A stretch of 61,567 nt of DNA, filler included, from an uncultured Methanosarcinales archaeon (GCA_964434885.1; 12 parts of 12 records of this genome joined end to end with filler, not necessarily neighbours in it), one strand, 5' to 3'. Counted from the whole stretch's first letter, positions 39,363 through 50,039 are shown. The notes: generated by a model from the letters alone, not told the origin. Made by a program: numbers and translations.

Positions 39363-39460
39363 ATAAACTTGGGTAAAAATCAAATTATAAATAATTAAGA
39401 TGTAAGTTAATTTACCACAATTCCATTAAATTTTTATAGTGGTCTTTAGAAAATCAAAAA

Positions 39461-40171
39461 ATGATTGAGGAATTGATTACATTGGGGTTTTGTAAAAATG
39501 AAGCCATTATTTATTTAGAATTACTTTCCAAAGGAGCATTGAAAGCTGGAACAATTAGTAAGAACACTTTGATTAACCGAAGAACAACCTATGATACTTT
39601 ACAAAGATTAATTGAAAAAGGTTATGTTAATTATGTAATTAGTTCCAACCAAAAAATCTTTCAGGCTGTTGATCCCATAATTATTGAGGAAAAAATAAAA
39701 GAAAAGCAGGAAAAAATAAATGAACTCTTGCCTAAACTTCAAACAATTTATAGTGAAAATAAAGAAGAGCAAACAGTTCAAGTGTACAAAGGAAGAAGAG
39801 GAATTCGTGTTGTGATGAATGAAATATTAAAATATAATTCTTATGTTAGTTTTGGTTGTAATGAAAAATTTCCACAAGTGATGAAACATGATTATTTTAT
39901 TTTTCAGAAAAAAAAGAAAAAATTAAGGATTGAAGGGAAAACTTTATTACCCTTATTTCTCAAAGGAAAAGATATTATTAAAACAGCAATAGCTGAATTC
40001 AAGTATGTTGAAGAAACAAATCCTCAACCTATCTCTACCACAATTTATGGAAATAATGTAGCAATCGTTGTCTGGAGTGATATTCCGGTCGCCACAGTAA
40101 TTGAAAATAAAGAATTAGCTAAAACTTATACTGAATTATTTTATTCCTTGTGGAATAAAGCAGTAGAATGA
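39461..40171 (+). CDS. TrmB-family transcriptional regulator
   Basis: LGF..NEAIIYLELL, RRTTYDTLQRLIEKG, VYKGRRG, IYGNNVAI. Confidence 0.92.
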   Translation: MIEELITLGFCKNEAIIYLELLSKGALKAGTISKNTLINRRTTYDTLQRLIEKGYVNYVISSNQKIFQAVDPIIIEEKIKEKQEKINELLPKLQTIYSENKEEQTVQVYKGRRGIRVVMNEILKYNSYVSFGCNEKFPQVMKHDYFIFQKKKKKLRIEGKTLLPLFLKGKDIIKTAIAEFKYVEETNPQPISTTIYGNNVAIVVWSDIPVATVIENKELAKTYTELFYSLWNKAVE

Positions 40172-40223
40172 ATGACCGATTAAGGAAAGAATATTTAAAC
40201 TAGTAGTATATTTTTATTTTAAA

Positions 40224-41666
40224 ATGATAGACTCAACTGAAGAAATAAAATTAAATAAAATTAATGATTATATTTGGGAAATTCCCAAAACTGGTAAGAT
40301 GAAGGTTCCCACTAGAATTTTTGCTTCGGAGAAATTATTAGAAAAGATGAAGCAAGATAAAACTTTGTTTCAAGGAAGGAATATGGCAATGTTGCCAGGA
40401 ATTTACAAAAATGCAATTATCCTCCCGGATGGACATGAAGGGTATGGCTTTAGTATTGGTGGTGTTGCGGCATTAGATTATGAGAAAGGAGGTATTTCTC
40501 CAGGAGGAATTGGTTTTGATATCAATTGTGGAGTGCGTCTTTTGGCAACTAACTTGAATGCAGAAGAAATTACTCCTAAGGTTAAAGAATTATTAGAGAG
40601 TCTTTTTAAGAAAGTCCCAGCAGGACTAGGGGGGAGCAATATTACTGTTACTTCTGAAATATTAAATGAAGTTTTAGATAAAGGTGCTAAATGGGCGGTA
40701 GAAAATAATTATGGTAATGAAGAAGATTTAGCCAATTGTGAATCAAATGGTTGCATGGAAACAGCTGATTCAAGTGCTGTTTCGGAAAAGGCTAAAAAAA
40801 GAGGTCGGAAACAATTAGCTACTTTGGGTTCGGGCAATCATTTTTTAGAAATTCAAGCCGTGGATGAGATTTTTGATAAAGAAGTGGCTGAAGCTTTTGG
40901 ATTTACAGAACCCGGACAAGTAGTAGTAATGATTCATTGTGGTTCTAGGGGATTGGGACATCAAGTTTGTTCTGATTATTTGCGAAAAATGGAAAGGACT
41001 TATCCAGATTTATTGAAGAGTTTACCAGATCGGCAATTGATTTATTCTCCAGCTGGAAGTGAATTGTGTGATAAATATTTGAAAGGAATGAGTGCGGCTG
41101 CTAATTTTGCCTGGTGCAATAGACACATTATAGGGCATCAAACTCGTGAGGCATTTAAACAGGTTTTTCCGGAAGTTAAAATGAAGACTGTTTATGATGT
41201 TGCTCACAATATTTGTAAAGTGGAAGAACATGAAATTGATGGTTCAGTTAAGAAAGTATTTTTACATCGAAAAGGAGCAACTAGAGCTTTCCCCCCAGGA
41301 CATCCAGAATTATCTCCAGTTTACCAAAAAACAGGTCAACCTATTTTGTTGCCAGGAAGTATGGGTACTGCTTCTTATGTTTTAGTTGGTACTGAAGAAG
41401 GCATGAAAGCAACATTTGGTTCAACAGCACATGGAGCTGGTCGGGTTATGTCGCGTCATGCTGCATTGCAAAAATTTAGAGGAGAACAAGTTAAAAGAGA
41501 TTTAGAAAGTCAAGGCATTGCTTTGAAAGGTGCTTCTTGGAAAGGTGTTGCAGAAGAAGCCCCTGGAGTGTATAAAGATATTGAAGAAGTAGCTAAAGTT
41601 TCTCATGAAACAGGTATTGGAAAGAAAGTTGTTCGGTTGAAACCTCTTGGTGTGATTAAAGGTTGA
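40224..41666 (+). CDS. rtcB: RNA-splicing ligase RtcB
   Basis: PDGHEGYGF, GFDINCG, GSGNHF, HCGSRG, HRKGAT, HGAGR. Confidence 0.98.
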   Translation: MIDSTEEIKLNKINDYIWEIPKTGKMKVPTRIFASEKLLEKMKQDKTLFQGRNMAMLPGIYKNAIILPDGHEGYGFSIGGVAALDYEKGGISPGGIGFDINCGVRLLATNLNAEEITPKVKELLESLFKKVPAGLGGSNITVTSEILNEVLDKGAKWAVENNYGNEEDLANCESNGCMETADSSAVSEKAKKRGRKQLATLGSGNHFLEIQAVDEIFDKEVAEAFGFTEPGQVVVMIHCGSRGLGHQVCSDYLRKMERTYPDLLKSLPDRQLIYSPAGSELCDKYLKGMSAAANFAWCNRHIIGHQTREAFKQVFPEVKMKTVYDVAHNICKVEEHEIDGSVKKVFLHRKGATRAFPPGHPELSPVYQKTGQPILLPGSMGTASYVLVGTEEGMKATFGSTAHGAGRVMSRHAALQKFRGEQVKRDLESQGIALKGASWKGVAEEAPGVYKDIEEVAKVSHETGIGKKVVRLKPLGVIKG

Positions 41667-41721
41667 TTTTGATGATTAATAATTAGAAAACTATAAAAAC
41701 TAAGTCTTATTGTAGTGAGAT

Positions 41722-42135
41722 ATGAAACCTTATGAATTTTTACCACATACAGCAGATGTACGAATTGTAGCTAGAGGAAAAGATTTGGCAGAAGCCTTTG
41801 GTAATGCTGCTTACGCTATGACTGATGTTGTTACAGATCATTTTAAAATTGAGAAGAAGATTGAGAAAAAGATTTCAGTTAAGTCTGAGAATCAGGAATC
41901 TTTATTGTATGATTTTTTGGAAGAGTTTTTAATTTTAATTGATTCAGAAGGTTTTTTGTTAGCTGAAATTTTAGAGATTAAGATTGATGGTTTGAAGTTA
42001 GTTGCTAGAATAGTTGGCGATACTTTTTCTGAGAAGTATGAAACCAAGACTCATGTGAAAGCAATGACTTATCAAGAGATGATTATTAAAGAAGAAAGTG
42101 ATGGAGTTGAAATTAGGTTTATTGTTGATATTTAA
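41722..42135 (+). CDS. Archease
   Basis: HTADV, VKAMTY, C-terminal VDI; adjacent to rtcB. Confidence 0.96.
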   Translation: MKPYEFLPHTADVRIVARGKDLAEAFGNAAYAMTDVVTDHFKIEKKIEKKISVKSENQESLLYDFLEEFLILIDSEGFLLAEILEIKIDGLKLVARIVGDTFSEKYETKTHVKAMTYQEMIIKEESDGVEIRFIVDI

Positions 42136-42180
42136 ATCACTATTGAATGAAAAGCAATTAATATAAAGTGAAATAAAATC

Positions 42181-42888
42181 TTGAGTATAATGGCATTGAT
42201 TTATATTATTGAATTTTTTATTTTCTCATTTATTGGTTGGATTCTTGATTCTGGATATAGGTCGATCGCAAAAAGAAAATTGATTAATGCTGGATATTTT
42301 AGAGGTCCAATTTGTCCAATTTATGGGATTGGTGGTTTAATTTTGGTTTTCTTATTGCAGTATTTTAATTTTTTACATATTTTTTGGAGTTTAATAATAT
42401 CTTCTTTTTCATTAATATTTTTAGAATATGTGGGTGGTATTTTTAGTGAGAAAGTATTAAAAGTTAGATTGTGGGATTATTCGGAAACTACATTTAACAT
42501 TGGAGGACATATTGATTTATTACATTCTGCTTTCTGGATTATTTTAACAGTGCTTTTTTATTTTTTGATATTTCCATATGTGATTTTATTAGAAAAAATA
42601 ATTATAATTCCGGAATATTTGAACTTTCCTGGATTATTATTGTTTGTGGTAATGACTATGTGGGTAACCATTAGGAAAAATCCTCAACAATTTTTAGAAT
42701 TTAGAGGACATATAATTGATATGTCTGTTTCGGAATATCAAAAAGTTTTTTCTCATTTTAAGAAATTGTCACGAGCTGAATCACTAACTTTGAAGAAAAA
42801 GTGGGTTGAGAGATTGCGAACGCAATTGAAAAATACTGGTGCTAAATTAAAGAATATTGAAAAATTAAAGAAGTTGAAAAATGAATGA
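42181..42888 (+). CDS. Putative ABC-transporter permease-like membrane protein (CmpB/TMEM229-like)
   Basis: FSFIGW, GPICPIYG, LEY..G, LWDYS...FN. Confidence 0.85.
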   Translation: MSIMALIYIIEFFIFSFIGWILDSGYRSIAKRKLINAGYFRGPICPIYGIGGLILVFLLQYFNFLHIFWSLIISSFSLIFLEYVGGIFSEKVLKVRLWDYSETTFNIGGHIDLLHSAFWIILTVLFYFLIFPYVILLEKIIIIPEYLNFPGLLLFVVMTMWVTIRKNPQQFLEFRGHIIDMSVSEYQKVFSHFKKLSRAESLTLKKKWVERLRTQLKNTGAKLKNIEKLKKLKNE

Positions 42889-42919
42889 TATTTTTATTTA
42901 CTTTCTTCGAATTTAGTTT

Positions 42920-43643
42920 TTACTTCTTTACCAATACAAACATATAGGCTTGTCCAGTTAATCCTTTGTAAGGAAGAGGAAATTCTTTTTTAATGATTTT
43001 AAAATTCTTAGAAAGAAGTTCCATTAATCTTTCTTTAGAATATTCAAAGTGTCCAAAGATAGCTTTATCAAACTTAAAAATCAACCTATAAATTTCTCTT
43101 AACTTGTGTCGGAATCTACTTAAGATATATCGATCAATAATAATTAATTTACCGGTTGGTTTTAATATTCGATGAATTTCATTTAGAACTTGTTCTTTAT
43201 TTTTTAAGTGATGCAAACACATCCTAAAAACAACAATATCGCAAGAATTGTCTTCTAATTCGGTCTGATGAGCAAATGTTTTTTTCAATTTAATATTAGT
43301 ATTATTTTTGAATTTCTCTCTTGCAAAATTAAGCATGTCTTCAGGACCATCAATCCCGATAATATTCTTGGCTTGATCTGTTAATATTTCTATTGAATTT
43401 CAATCATTTGTACAATAAAATCTATCTAGGTCTACTGGAAGGAATTAAAAAAAAAGGAGAGTAAGTTGTAAAATTCATTTTGTTAGAAATGAATTAATGG
43501 TTTAATAAGTTATAAACACTGTTGATTGAATTTGATTGAGTATTTTCTAGAATGAATTTATTATAAATCTTTGTTCTTTCAGTACTTTTGACTCTTTGAT
43601 CATAATCCCTGGCTACTTTTCCTTCCATTAATCCATTGGCCAT
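42920..43643 (-). pseudogene. Interrupted class I SAM methyltransferase
   Basis: 5' piece 43494-43643 (ARDYDQRV...); 3' piece 42920-43399 (IIGID...ML, LHHL, EIHRILKPTG); no GxGxG motif; stops between the pieces. Confidence 0.7.
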
Positions 43644-43644
43644 T

Positions 43645-44129
43645 TTAATGCAGGTGTATAAACTTAACTCCAGCCATCAGTAAAATTCCGAGAATGAAAA
43701 CTCCAAAATACAATATGCTCTTTTTTAATTGTGTTTCTTTTCTGATTTCTGGAATTAAATCGGAAGCAGCGATATAGATAAATCCTCCAGCGGCGAAAGG
43801 CAATAATAATTCAGCAGTGAGTTTAGAATAATTGGCCAAAAAATATCCAATGATTCCACCAAAAACTGCAGTGAGAGCAGTTAGGAAATTTAAAAATAAT
43901 GCTTTTGTTTTTTTGAAACCACCATGAACTAACACCCCAAAATCTCCAATTTCTTGTGGGATTTCGTGCAAAGCGACTGCTATTGTGGTTGTGATACCTA
44001 AATGAATATTGGTAACAAAGGCGGCTGCAATGACTAAACCATCAATTAAATTATGGACCATATCTCCCACTAAATTCATATAGGCAAATGTGTGAATTTC
44101 ACATTTTCCATGATGGCAATGTCTCCAAT
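43645..44129 (-). CDS. ZIP-family metal transporter, C-terminal part
   Basis: WRHCHH, HNLIDG, HEIPQEIGDF, AGGFIYIA. Confidence 0.93.
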
Positions 44130-44229
44130 NNNNNNNNNNNNNNNNNNNNNNNNNNNNNNNNNNNNNNNNNNNNTTAATTAATTAANNNNNNNNNNNNNNN
44201 NNNNNNNNNNNNNNNNNNNNNNNNNNNNN

Positions 44230-44474
44230 ACAAGTAGGAATAAAACAAAACCAATCAAAACATTGATAAAAACTCCTGCTGGCATGAATTTTTCAATAGA
44301 TTCTGGAATAAGATGAATGAAAGCTCCACCCATTAAAGTTCCGGCAGATAAAGCCACTAAGACAAGTAGAATCTTATTTAGGAGTTTTTCTTTTAAACTT
44401 AATGTGATTATCCCGATGAAAGAAATTAGGCTAACTAAGAAAGTTGCTAATAAAATTGTTAAAAATGTATTCAT
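44230..44474 (-). CDS. ZIP-family metal transporter, N-terminal part
   Basis: LSAGTLMGGAFIHLIPES; complements the fragment across the linker. Confidence 0.88.
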
Positions 44475-44512
44475 GGTACAATTGAAAAAAACATTATTTA
44501 TATATCTTTTTG

Positions 44513-45010
44513 TTAATTGATGTCCATAGTAGACCAAAATTGTAATATGTTGGGGTTGTCGATTGCTGGAATTCCAATATAACTGCCACTTTTTAGCCTA
44601 ATACCTTCTTGGATCATTCTGGCTCGGTCATTAGTTAATAAGTCAAGAACTTCTTGGTAAGTATCAGGAGTAATATATTTAGCAGGTTTATATTCACTGA
44701 TTGGATTAATTGGTTTCGAATCTGAAATTCCCTTAGGAGGAGTGTTATCATTTTTTTCACAAATTATGCTAGAACAAGTAATACTCTCAGGCCCGGTAAA
44801 ATCCTTTCTTTGTGGGTCGATGACAGTTCCATTTAAACTGTGATCGATAAGGTAAAAGTGATCTGTTTCCTGAAAAATTGTGAAATGATAACGGGAGACC
44901 ATGCCATCTAATACCTGGACATCATTTTCAGGATGACGACCAATTGAAAAATGAGGTTTGTTTAGTGTGTGTTCTTTTAAACCTCCAAAATAAGTAACTA
45001 ATCTTGACAT
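44513..45010 (-). CDS. FHA-domain protein
   Basis: IGRHPENDV, VSRYH, DHSLNGT. Confidence 0.88.
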   Translation of the reverse strand: MSRLVTYFGGLKEHTLNKPHFSIGRHPENDVQVLDGMVSRYHFTIFQETDHFYLIDHSLNGTVIDPQRKDFTGPESITCSSIICEKNDNTPPKGISDSKPINPISEYKPAKYITPDTYQEVLDLLTNDRARMIQEGIRLKSGSYIGIPAIDNPNILQFWSTMDIN

Positions 45011-45050
45011 AAATGTTGTTACTTTCAAGTATTTAAAAATTTTTCCATAA

Positions 45051-45947
45051 TTAAGAATTCTTTCTAATCTCTTTATATGCCATGTTGGCAGCAATAGCTC
45101 CATCGGCTGCAGCAGTAATTATTTGTTTCATGATCCCATTAGTGACATCACCAACAGCAAATAAACCAGGGATGTTGGTTTTCTTTTGGTTGTCAACTTT
45201 GATAAATTGATTTTCTAATTCCACTCCTAGTGGTTGAACAATTTTGCTAGCTGGTTCACTACCAATCTCAACAAACAAACCATCTAATTCTAATTCTTGA
45301 TTTTTTAATTTAACTTTTTGTAGTTTTTCTTCTCCAATTAATTCTTGGACTTCTTCATTAAAAATTACTTCAATCTTATCATTTTGATTAATGTTTTCTA
45401 CCCAAGCAGGTTCAACCCTAGTGAAATCTGGTTTACGATAAATAATGTATATTTTTTTAGCATATTCTGCCAACAATAAAGCTGATTTAACTGCAGAATT
45501 TCCACCACCAACAACAGCTACAATTTTATCTTGATAGAAAGCCCCATCACAAGTGCAACAATAACTAACTCCCTTACCAACTAATTTTTCTTCGTTTTCT
45601 AAGCCCAATTTTCTTTTTTCTGAACCTGTAGCAATAATTACTTTTTTTGAAGAATATGTTTCTTGATTGGTTTTGATTTCGAAAAGGTTATTTTTTTTAT
45701 TAATTTCAGTAACTTTTTCATATTTGATTTCTGCCCCTACTTTTTTTGCTTGTTCTTCCATCTTCATAAATAAATCCATCCCACCAATAGATTTGTAGCT
45801 AAGAAAATTACAAATGTTTTCAGTTTCTCCCATCATTCCTCCGGGAAGTTCTCCAAGAACTAATGTCTTTAACATATATCTACCTGCATAAACTGCAGCA
45901 TTCATTCCGCCAGGTCCAGCTCCAACAATTATTAAGTCATATTCCAT
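45051..45947 (-). CDS. trxB: Thioredoxin reductase
   Basis: GAGPGG, SYCCTCDG, GGGNSA, FAVGD. Confidence 0.95.
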   Translation of the reverse strand: MEYDLIIVGAGPGGMNAAVYAGRYMLKTLVLGELPGGMMGETENICNFLSYKSIGGMDLFMKMEEQAKKVGAEIKYEKVTEINKKNNLFEIKTNQETYSSKKVIIATGSEKRKLGLENEEKLVGKGVSYCCTCDGAFYQDKIVAVVGGGNSAVKSALLLAEYAKKIYIIYRKPDFTRVEPAWVENINQNDKIEVIFNEEVQELIGEEKLQKVKLKNQELELDGLFVEIGSEPASKIVQPLGVELENQFIKVDNQKKTNIPGLFAVGDVTNGIMKQIITAAADGAIAANMAYKEIRKNS

Positions 45948-45980
45948 TGTTTAAGTTAAAATTCTTCTTTTTTTAAAAAC

Positions 45981-46553
45981 TTATTCAATAATTTCCCCAT
46001 GGGTTTTGGTTTCAATTCCAGCAGCATTGCCTTCATCGCGATCAAGATGAATTGCAAGAGCATATTTGGGATTAATTCTGACTATAATTTCTTCAAAAAT
46101 TAAACTTCTTTCTCCAGGAATTTTGATTTTGATTTTATCCCCTTCTTTAAGATTAAGCTGGTTTGCTTCTTGTGGATTTGCATGAAGATGTCTTTTAGCA
46201 ATGATTACTCCTTGTTTTAATTTGGTTTTTCCTTTAGGGCCAATTATTTCAATTCCAGGGGTGTTTTTTAAATCTCCTGATTCTTTCAAAGGAACTTTTA
46301 TTTTTAATTGATTGGCATCATTTCTGGATAATTCAATTTGAGTTTGATTTCTAACTGGACCAATTACTCTTACTCTTTCTAGTTTTCTGTCTTCATTACT
46401 TAATGTAATTGTTTCTTCCGCAGCAAATTCTCCAGATTGGGAAAGTGATTTTAATTTATTTAATTGATAATTTTCTCCAAACAAAGAATTTAAATCTTCT
46501 TTAGATAAATGAATATGTCGGTGAGAGACTTCTACTAATATTTTTTTGGACAT
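45981..46553 (-). CDS. pduL: Phosphate propanoyltransferase / phosphotransacylase PduL
   Basis: VSHRHIHLS, LSQSGEFA, AKRHLH, IHLDRDEGNAA. Confidence 0.93.
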   Translation of the reverse strand: MSKKILVEVSHRHIHLSKEDLNSLFGENYQLNKLKSLSQSGEFAAEETITLSNEDRKLERVRVIGPVRNQTQIELSRNDANQLKIKVPLKESGDLKNTPGIEIIGPKGKTKLKQGVIIAKRHLHANPQEANQLNLKEGDKIKIKIPGERSLIFEEIIVRINPKYALAIHLDRDEGNAAGIETKTHGEIIE

Positions 46554-46588
46554 GAAAAGAAGTAATTTGATTTCTTTATTAATTTTTC

Positions 46589-47536
46589 TTAAACTTCATC
46601 GGTTCGCCAATGAGGATTTACTTGGATATCTCCTGTTTCATCTTTTCTTAAGAAACCTTCCCAGGCAATCATTGCTCCTTGATCACCAGCTAAATCCATG
46701 GGAACTTTGTAGAATTTTGCTCCTCTTTCTTGACACATTATATTTAGCATTTCACAGAATCTTTTGTTAGCTCCCACTCCACCAACTAGAAGAAGTTCAT
46801 TTTTTCCAGTGTGGGCTAAAGCTCGTTCACTAACTTCAGCCAACATGGCAAAACAAATTTCTTGGACAGAAAAACAAAGGTCTTCTTTCTTTTCTCCTTT
46901 TTGAAAAAGTTGTTGAGTTTTACTTAAGATTCCGGAAAAACTAGTATCCATTCCTTTAACTACATAAGGTAGTTTTACATATTCTCCTTGTTTTGCGATT
47001 TTTTCAATTTTTGGACCAGCAGGAAAACCTAAATTTAGAATTCTTCCTAGTTTATCCAACATATTACCTAAACCAATATCTAAAGTCTCTCCCATCACTC
47101 GGTATTTTTTATCTTCATAATTTACAATTTGAGTATTAACTCCAGAAACATACAAGTAAACAGGATCTTTTAGATTGTTAATCTTTTTTCCAATACTTAA
47201 ATGAGCACAACAATGATTAATGCCTTTCAATTCTTTATTGTATTTTTTAGACCATTCTTTTGCTTTATGGTAACCAGCCCATAAAGCAGGATCTAAACCA
47301 GGGCCAGCTGAGTAGGCAATGAAGTTGATTTGCTCCCAAGTAGTATTTGCTTTTTTTAGAGCTTTGTTTAGAACATTTTCTGCTACATCTTTGTGATGTT
47401 CAGCTACTTGATCGGGAATCATACCTCCTTCTTTAGAACTGAAGCTGTCAATTTCGTTGGCCAAGACTTGCCCTCTGTCATTTATGATACCTACTCCAAA
47501 AGTGTGTGCGGTTGATTCTATTCCTAAGATGTTCAT
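46589..47536 (-). CDS. kae1: tRNA t6A threonylcarbamoyltransferase Kae1
   Basis: GIESTAH, AGPGL, NHCCAH, VSGVNT, GGVGAN, WRTDEV. Confidence 0.96.
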   Translation of the reverse strand: MNILGIESTAHTFGVGIINDRGQVLANEIDSFSSKEGGMIPDQVAEHHKDVAENVLNKALKKANTTWEQINFIAYSAGPGLDPALWAGYHKAKEWSKKYNKELKGINHCCAHLSIGKKINNLKDPVYLYVSGVNTQIVNYEDKKYRVMGETLDIGLGNMLDKLGRILNLGFPAGPKIEKIAKQGEYVKLPYVVKGMDTSFSGILSKTQQLFQKGEKKEDLCFSVQEICFAMLAEVSERALAHTGKNELLLVGGVGANKRFCEMLNIMCQERGAKFYKVPMDLAGDQGAMIAWEGFLRKDETGDIQVNPHWRTDEV

Positions 47537-47568
47537 TTTAAAGAAAAAGAATTGTTGTTTTATAAAAG

Positions 47569-48076
47569 TTAACTAATAATTTCATTTACTATTCCAGACC
47601 AAGCAAGGTGGATTTTAGCATTGTAACTAGGATAATCTTCAGAAGTTAAGCCGATTAAGTATAATTCTCCAGGATACCCATTTTCTTCTAAAGTACGAAT
47701 TGTTCTAGCATCATTATCAATTAGCCCATTTATTTCAGGATATAAAAATTCTAAAGCAGCTACCTTCCAAGCAGAACCATTAGAAAAATCAATACTTGGA
47801 TCTTTAAGTACTAGGGGAAGATCGGGAAAGACACCTTTTAACCAAAAATCTGTAATTTGGCGCATTGGTTCAACCCTGGCAGTTAAATAACAAGCTAATT
47901 CTCCCGATTGGTGCAAAGTTTGTAATGCTTCAACCGCCCCAGGAACTACAGCTAAATCGCTATGAAAACCATTGTCATTTACATAACTATGTGCTAATTC
48001 CATGGCCGCAGGAATTTTACCCCAATATAAAATCTGCCCATCTAAACCAAATTGTTTCTTAACATCTAGTGGAGTA
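47569..48076 (-). CDS. HAD-like 5'(3')-nucleotidase family protein (5' truncated)
   Basis: VPGAVEAL, YLTAR, T..WL, LIDND; frame open to the contig edge. Confidence 0.65.
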
Positions 48077-48176
48077 NNNNNNNNNNNNNNNNNNNNNNNN
48101 NNNNNNNNNNNNNNNNNNNNTTAATTAATTAANNNNNNNNNNNNNNNNNNNNNNNNNNNNNNNNNNNNNNNNNNNN

Positions 48177-48390
48177 AAAAGATCAAATATAGTCCAACTA
48201 AAGAAACAAAAATCATAATCCCTATACTAATATTAGTTTGCCAAGCTAAAGTGGTCCACATTGGACAAGCAGAACCATGAGAACAGGAAACAGTAACCAT
48301 TTGAGTTAAAGCTCGATTAAAACTAAAGATAATAAAACCAATTAGTAAAGTTATTCCTAAGATTACAAATCCAACATTTTTGTTATTCAT
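48177..48390 (-). CDS. Membrane protein N-terminus (3' truncated)
   Basis: Two TM segments flanking CSHGSACPM. Confidence 0.6.
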
Positions 48391-48683
48391 TTTGTTAAAG
48401 AAAGCAAGAAAGAAGTATCTTCTTCTGCTTTTAATGAATGTTTAGCATTACTATCCATATAGATGTAAACTCCAGGTTGCATAATGATGTCTTCTCCTTC
48501 TAAATTAAAAATACCTTTGCCTTCTATTACATAAACAAACCCTTCTTTAGTGGAAGTATGGTCTCCGATTGAAGTACCAGCAGCCATAGAAAACAAAGTA
48601 ACATTTTGTTTATCTGTTTTAGTTATTACTTTACTTAAAATTCCGTTTGGTGAATAAGTTATTTGTTCTTTAATATTTGTCAT
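48387..48683 (-). CDS. Cupin-domain protein
   Basis: HTS...VIEG.G...HSLKA. Confidence 0.9.
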   Translation of the reverse strand: MTNIKEQITYSPNGILSKVITKTDKQNVTLFSMAAGTSIGDHTSTKEGFVYVIEGKGIFNLEGEDIIMQPGVYIYMDSNAKHSLKAEEDTSFLLSLTK

Positions 48684-48729
48684 TTTGATTTTGTTAATCT
48701 AATCTTTTATAAATTTGTTGAAAGAATAA

Positions 48730-49761
48730 TTATTTTAGATGTTTATTTAGAAAAGGAATAGCTTGTTCTTCAATATCTTTATTAGTAAAACCTTTGAAAT
48801 GATTGGCATTATTTCTAGTTATTAATTGGCTAGGAATGTTTTTATTTTGTAGTTGTTGATGAAAATATTTGCTTTGGGCAACTGGAACAACATTGTCTTT
48901 TTTACCATGAAAAATAAGGAAAGAAGGATCATTTTGATCTAAATGTGAAGTAGGAGAAGCTAATTTAATTTTTTTTAGGAAATTTGATTCTTCTTGAATA
49001 TTTTTAATTCCAATTAACTTTCTAAAGGCAATAGCCATGGGAGTGTCTTGTTTTTCTTCTAGGATTTGATAATCAACTGGGCCAAACCAATCAACAACTG
49101 CTTTTATATTACTGGAAACAGACAAATAATTATTACCTTCAATTTCTTTAATTCCAGTTGAAGTTCCTAATAAACTAGCTAAGTGGGCTCCGGCTGATTC
49201 TCCCCAAGCAGCGAAATTATTGGGATCTAGATTATATTCTCGAGCTTGTAATTTTAGCCATCTAACTGCTTCTTTTATATCTATTATTTGTGCTGGAAAT
49301 TTTGCTTTTCCACTTAAACGATATTGGATACAAGCAACTGCATAATCATGAACAACAATTTTTTCAGCTGGACAATCTTCATGATTTCCTCCTTCCCAAC
49401 CACCACCATGAATGTAGATTATAGTTGGTAATTTTTCTTGGTTGTTTTTTGGGCGATATAAATCCAAAACTATTTCTTCGTCTTTGATGGTTTTGTAAAC
49501 AATCCCTCTTTTAATTTCAACATATTGCATTAATTGATTATTTTTTGCTAAGAAGCCTTGGTATAGATATTGATCTGATTTTAAGACTGAACTAATTTCT
49601 TTTGAATTAAGGGTTTTGGTAATTTCTTTTTTTTGTTTAATTTCTTCTTTGTTTGTTTCTAAGTTAATATTTGATTGTTCTTCTTTTTGAGAATCTTTTG
49701 AAGCACAACTAATTAAGAATATAGTTAATATCAAAAATATTAAATTTACTTTTTTGTTCAT
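48730..49761 (-). CDS. Secreted alpha/beta hydrolase (esterase), lipoprotein
   Basis: LISC lipobox, HGGGW, GESAG, HG..D..VP. Confidence 0.92.
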   Translation of the reverse strand: MNKKVNLIFLILTIFLISCASKDSQKEEQSNINLETNKEEIKQKKEITKTLNSKEISSVLKSDQYLYQGFLAKNNQLMQYVEIKRGIVYKTIKDEEIVLDLYRPKNNQEKLPTIIYIHGGGWEGGNHEDCPAEKIVVHDYAVACIQYRLSGKAKFPAQIIDIKEAVRWLKLQAREYNLDPNNFAAWGESAGAHLASLLGTSTGIKEIEGNNYLSVSSNIKAVVDWFGPVDYQILEEKQDTPMAIAFRKLIGIKNIQEESNFLKKIKLASPTSHLDQNDPSFLIFHGKKDNVVPVAQSKYFHQQLQNKNIPSQLITRNNANHFKGFTNKDIEEQAIPFLNKHLK

Positions 49762-49804
49762 GATTATCTTATTTTGTTGGAGTTCATAAAGTTAACTATC
49801 AAAG

Positions 49805-50039
49805 TTATCTCCATTCAGAATGACCAAATTGAAGCAACAAATCAACTTCAACTTTAGGTGTATCACAAGCACCATAGCAAGAATTCAACCAGAAATAGAT
49901 TTGGGCNNNNNNNNNNTTCTTTTTTTATTTCAGGAACTTTAGTTTTTAATCCATCTGGTAATTGTACTAAAATAGTTTTAGGATTGGCTTGTTTAATTTG
50001 AACAACTGCTTTTTCCAGTTGTAAATCTAAAGAAATCAT
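49805..50039 (-). CDS. dph2: Diphthamide biosynthesis protein Dph2, stand-alone N-terminal domain
   Basis: LVQLPDGLK...(N gap)...SCYGACD...VDLLLQFGHS*; ATGA overlap with spt5; missed by the ORF track. Confidence 0.8.

Noticed and set aside
43645..44474. Naturally split ZIP transporter
   Set aside because: The break coincides with a contig linker; most simply one gene broken by assembly.
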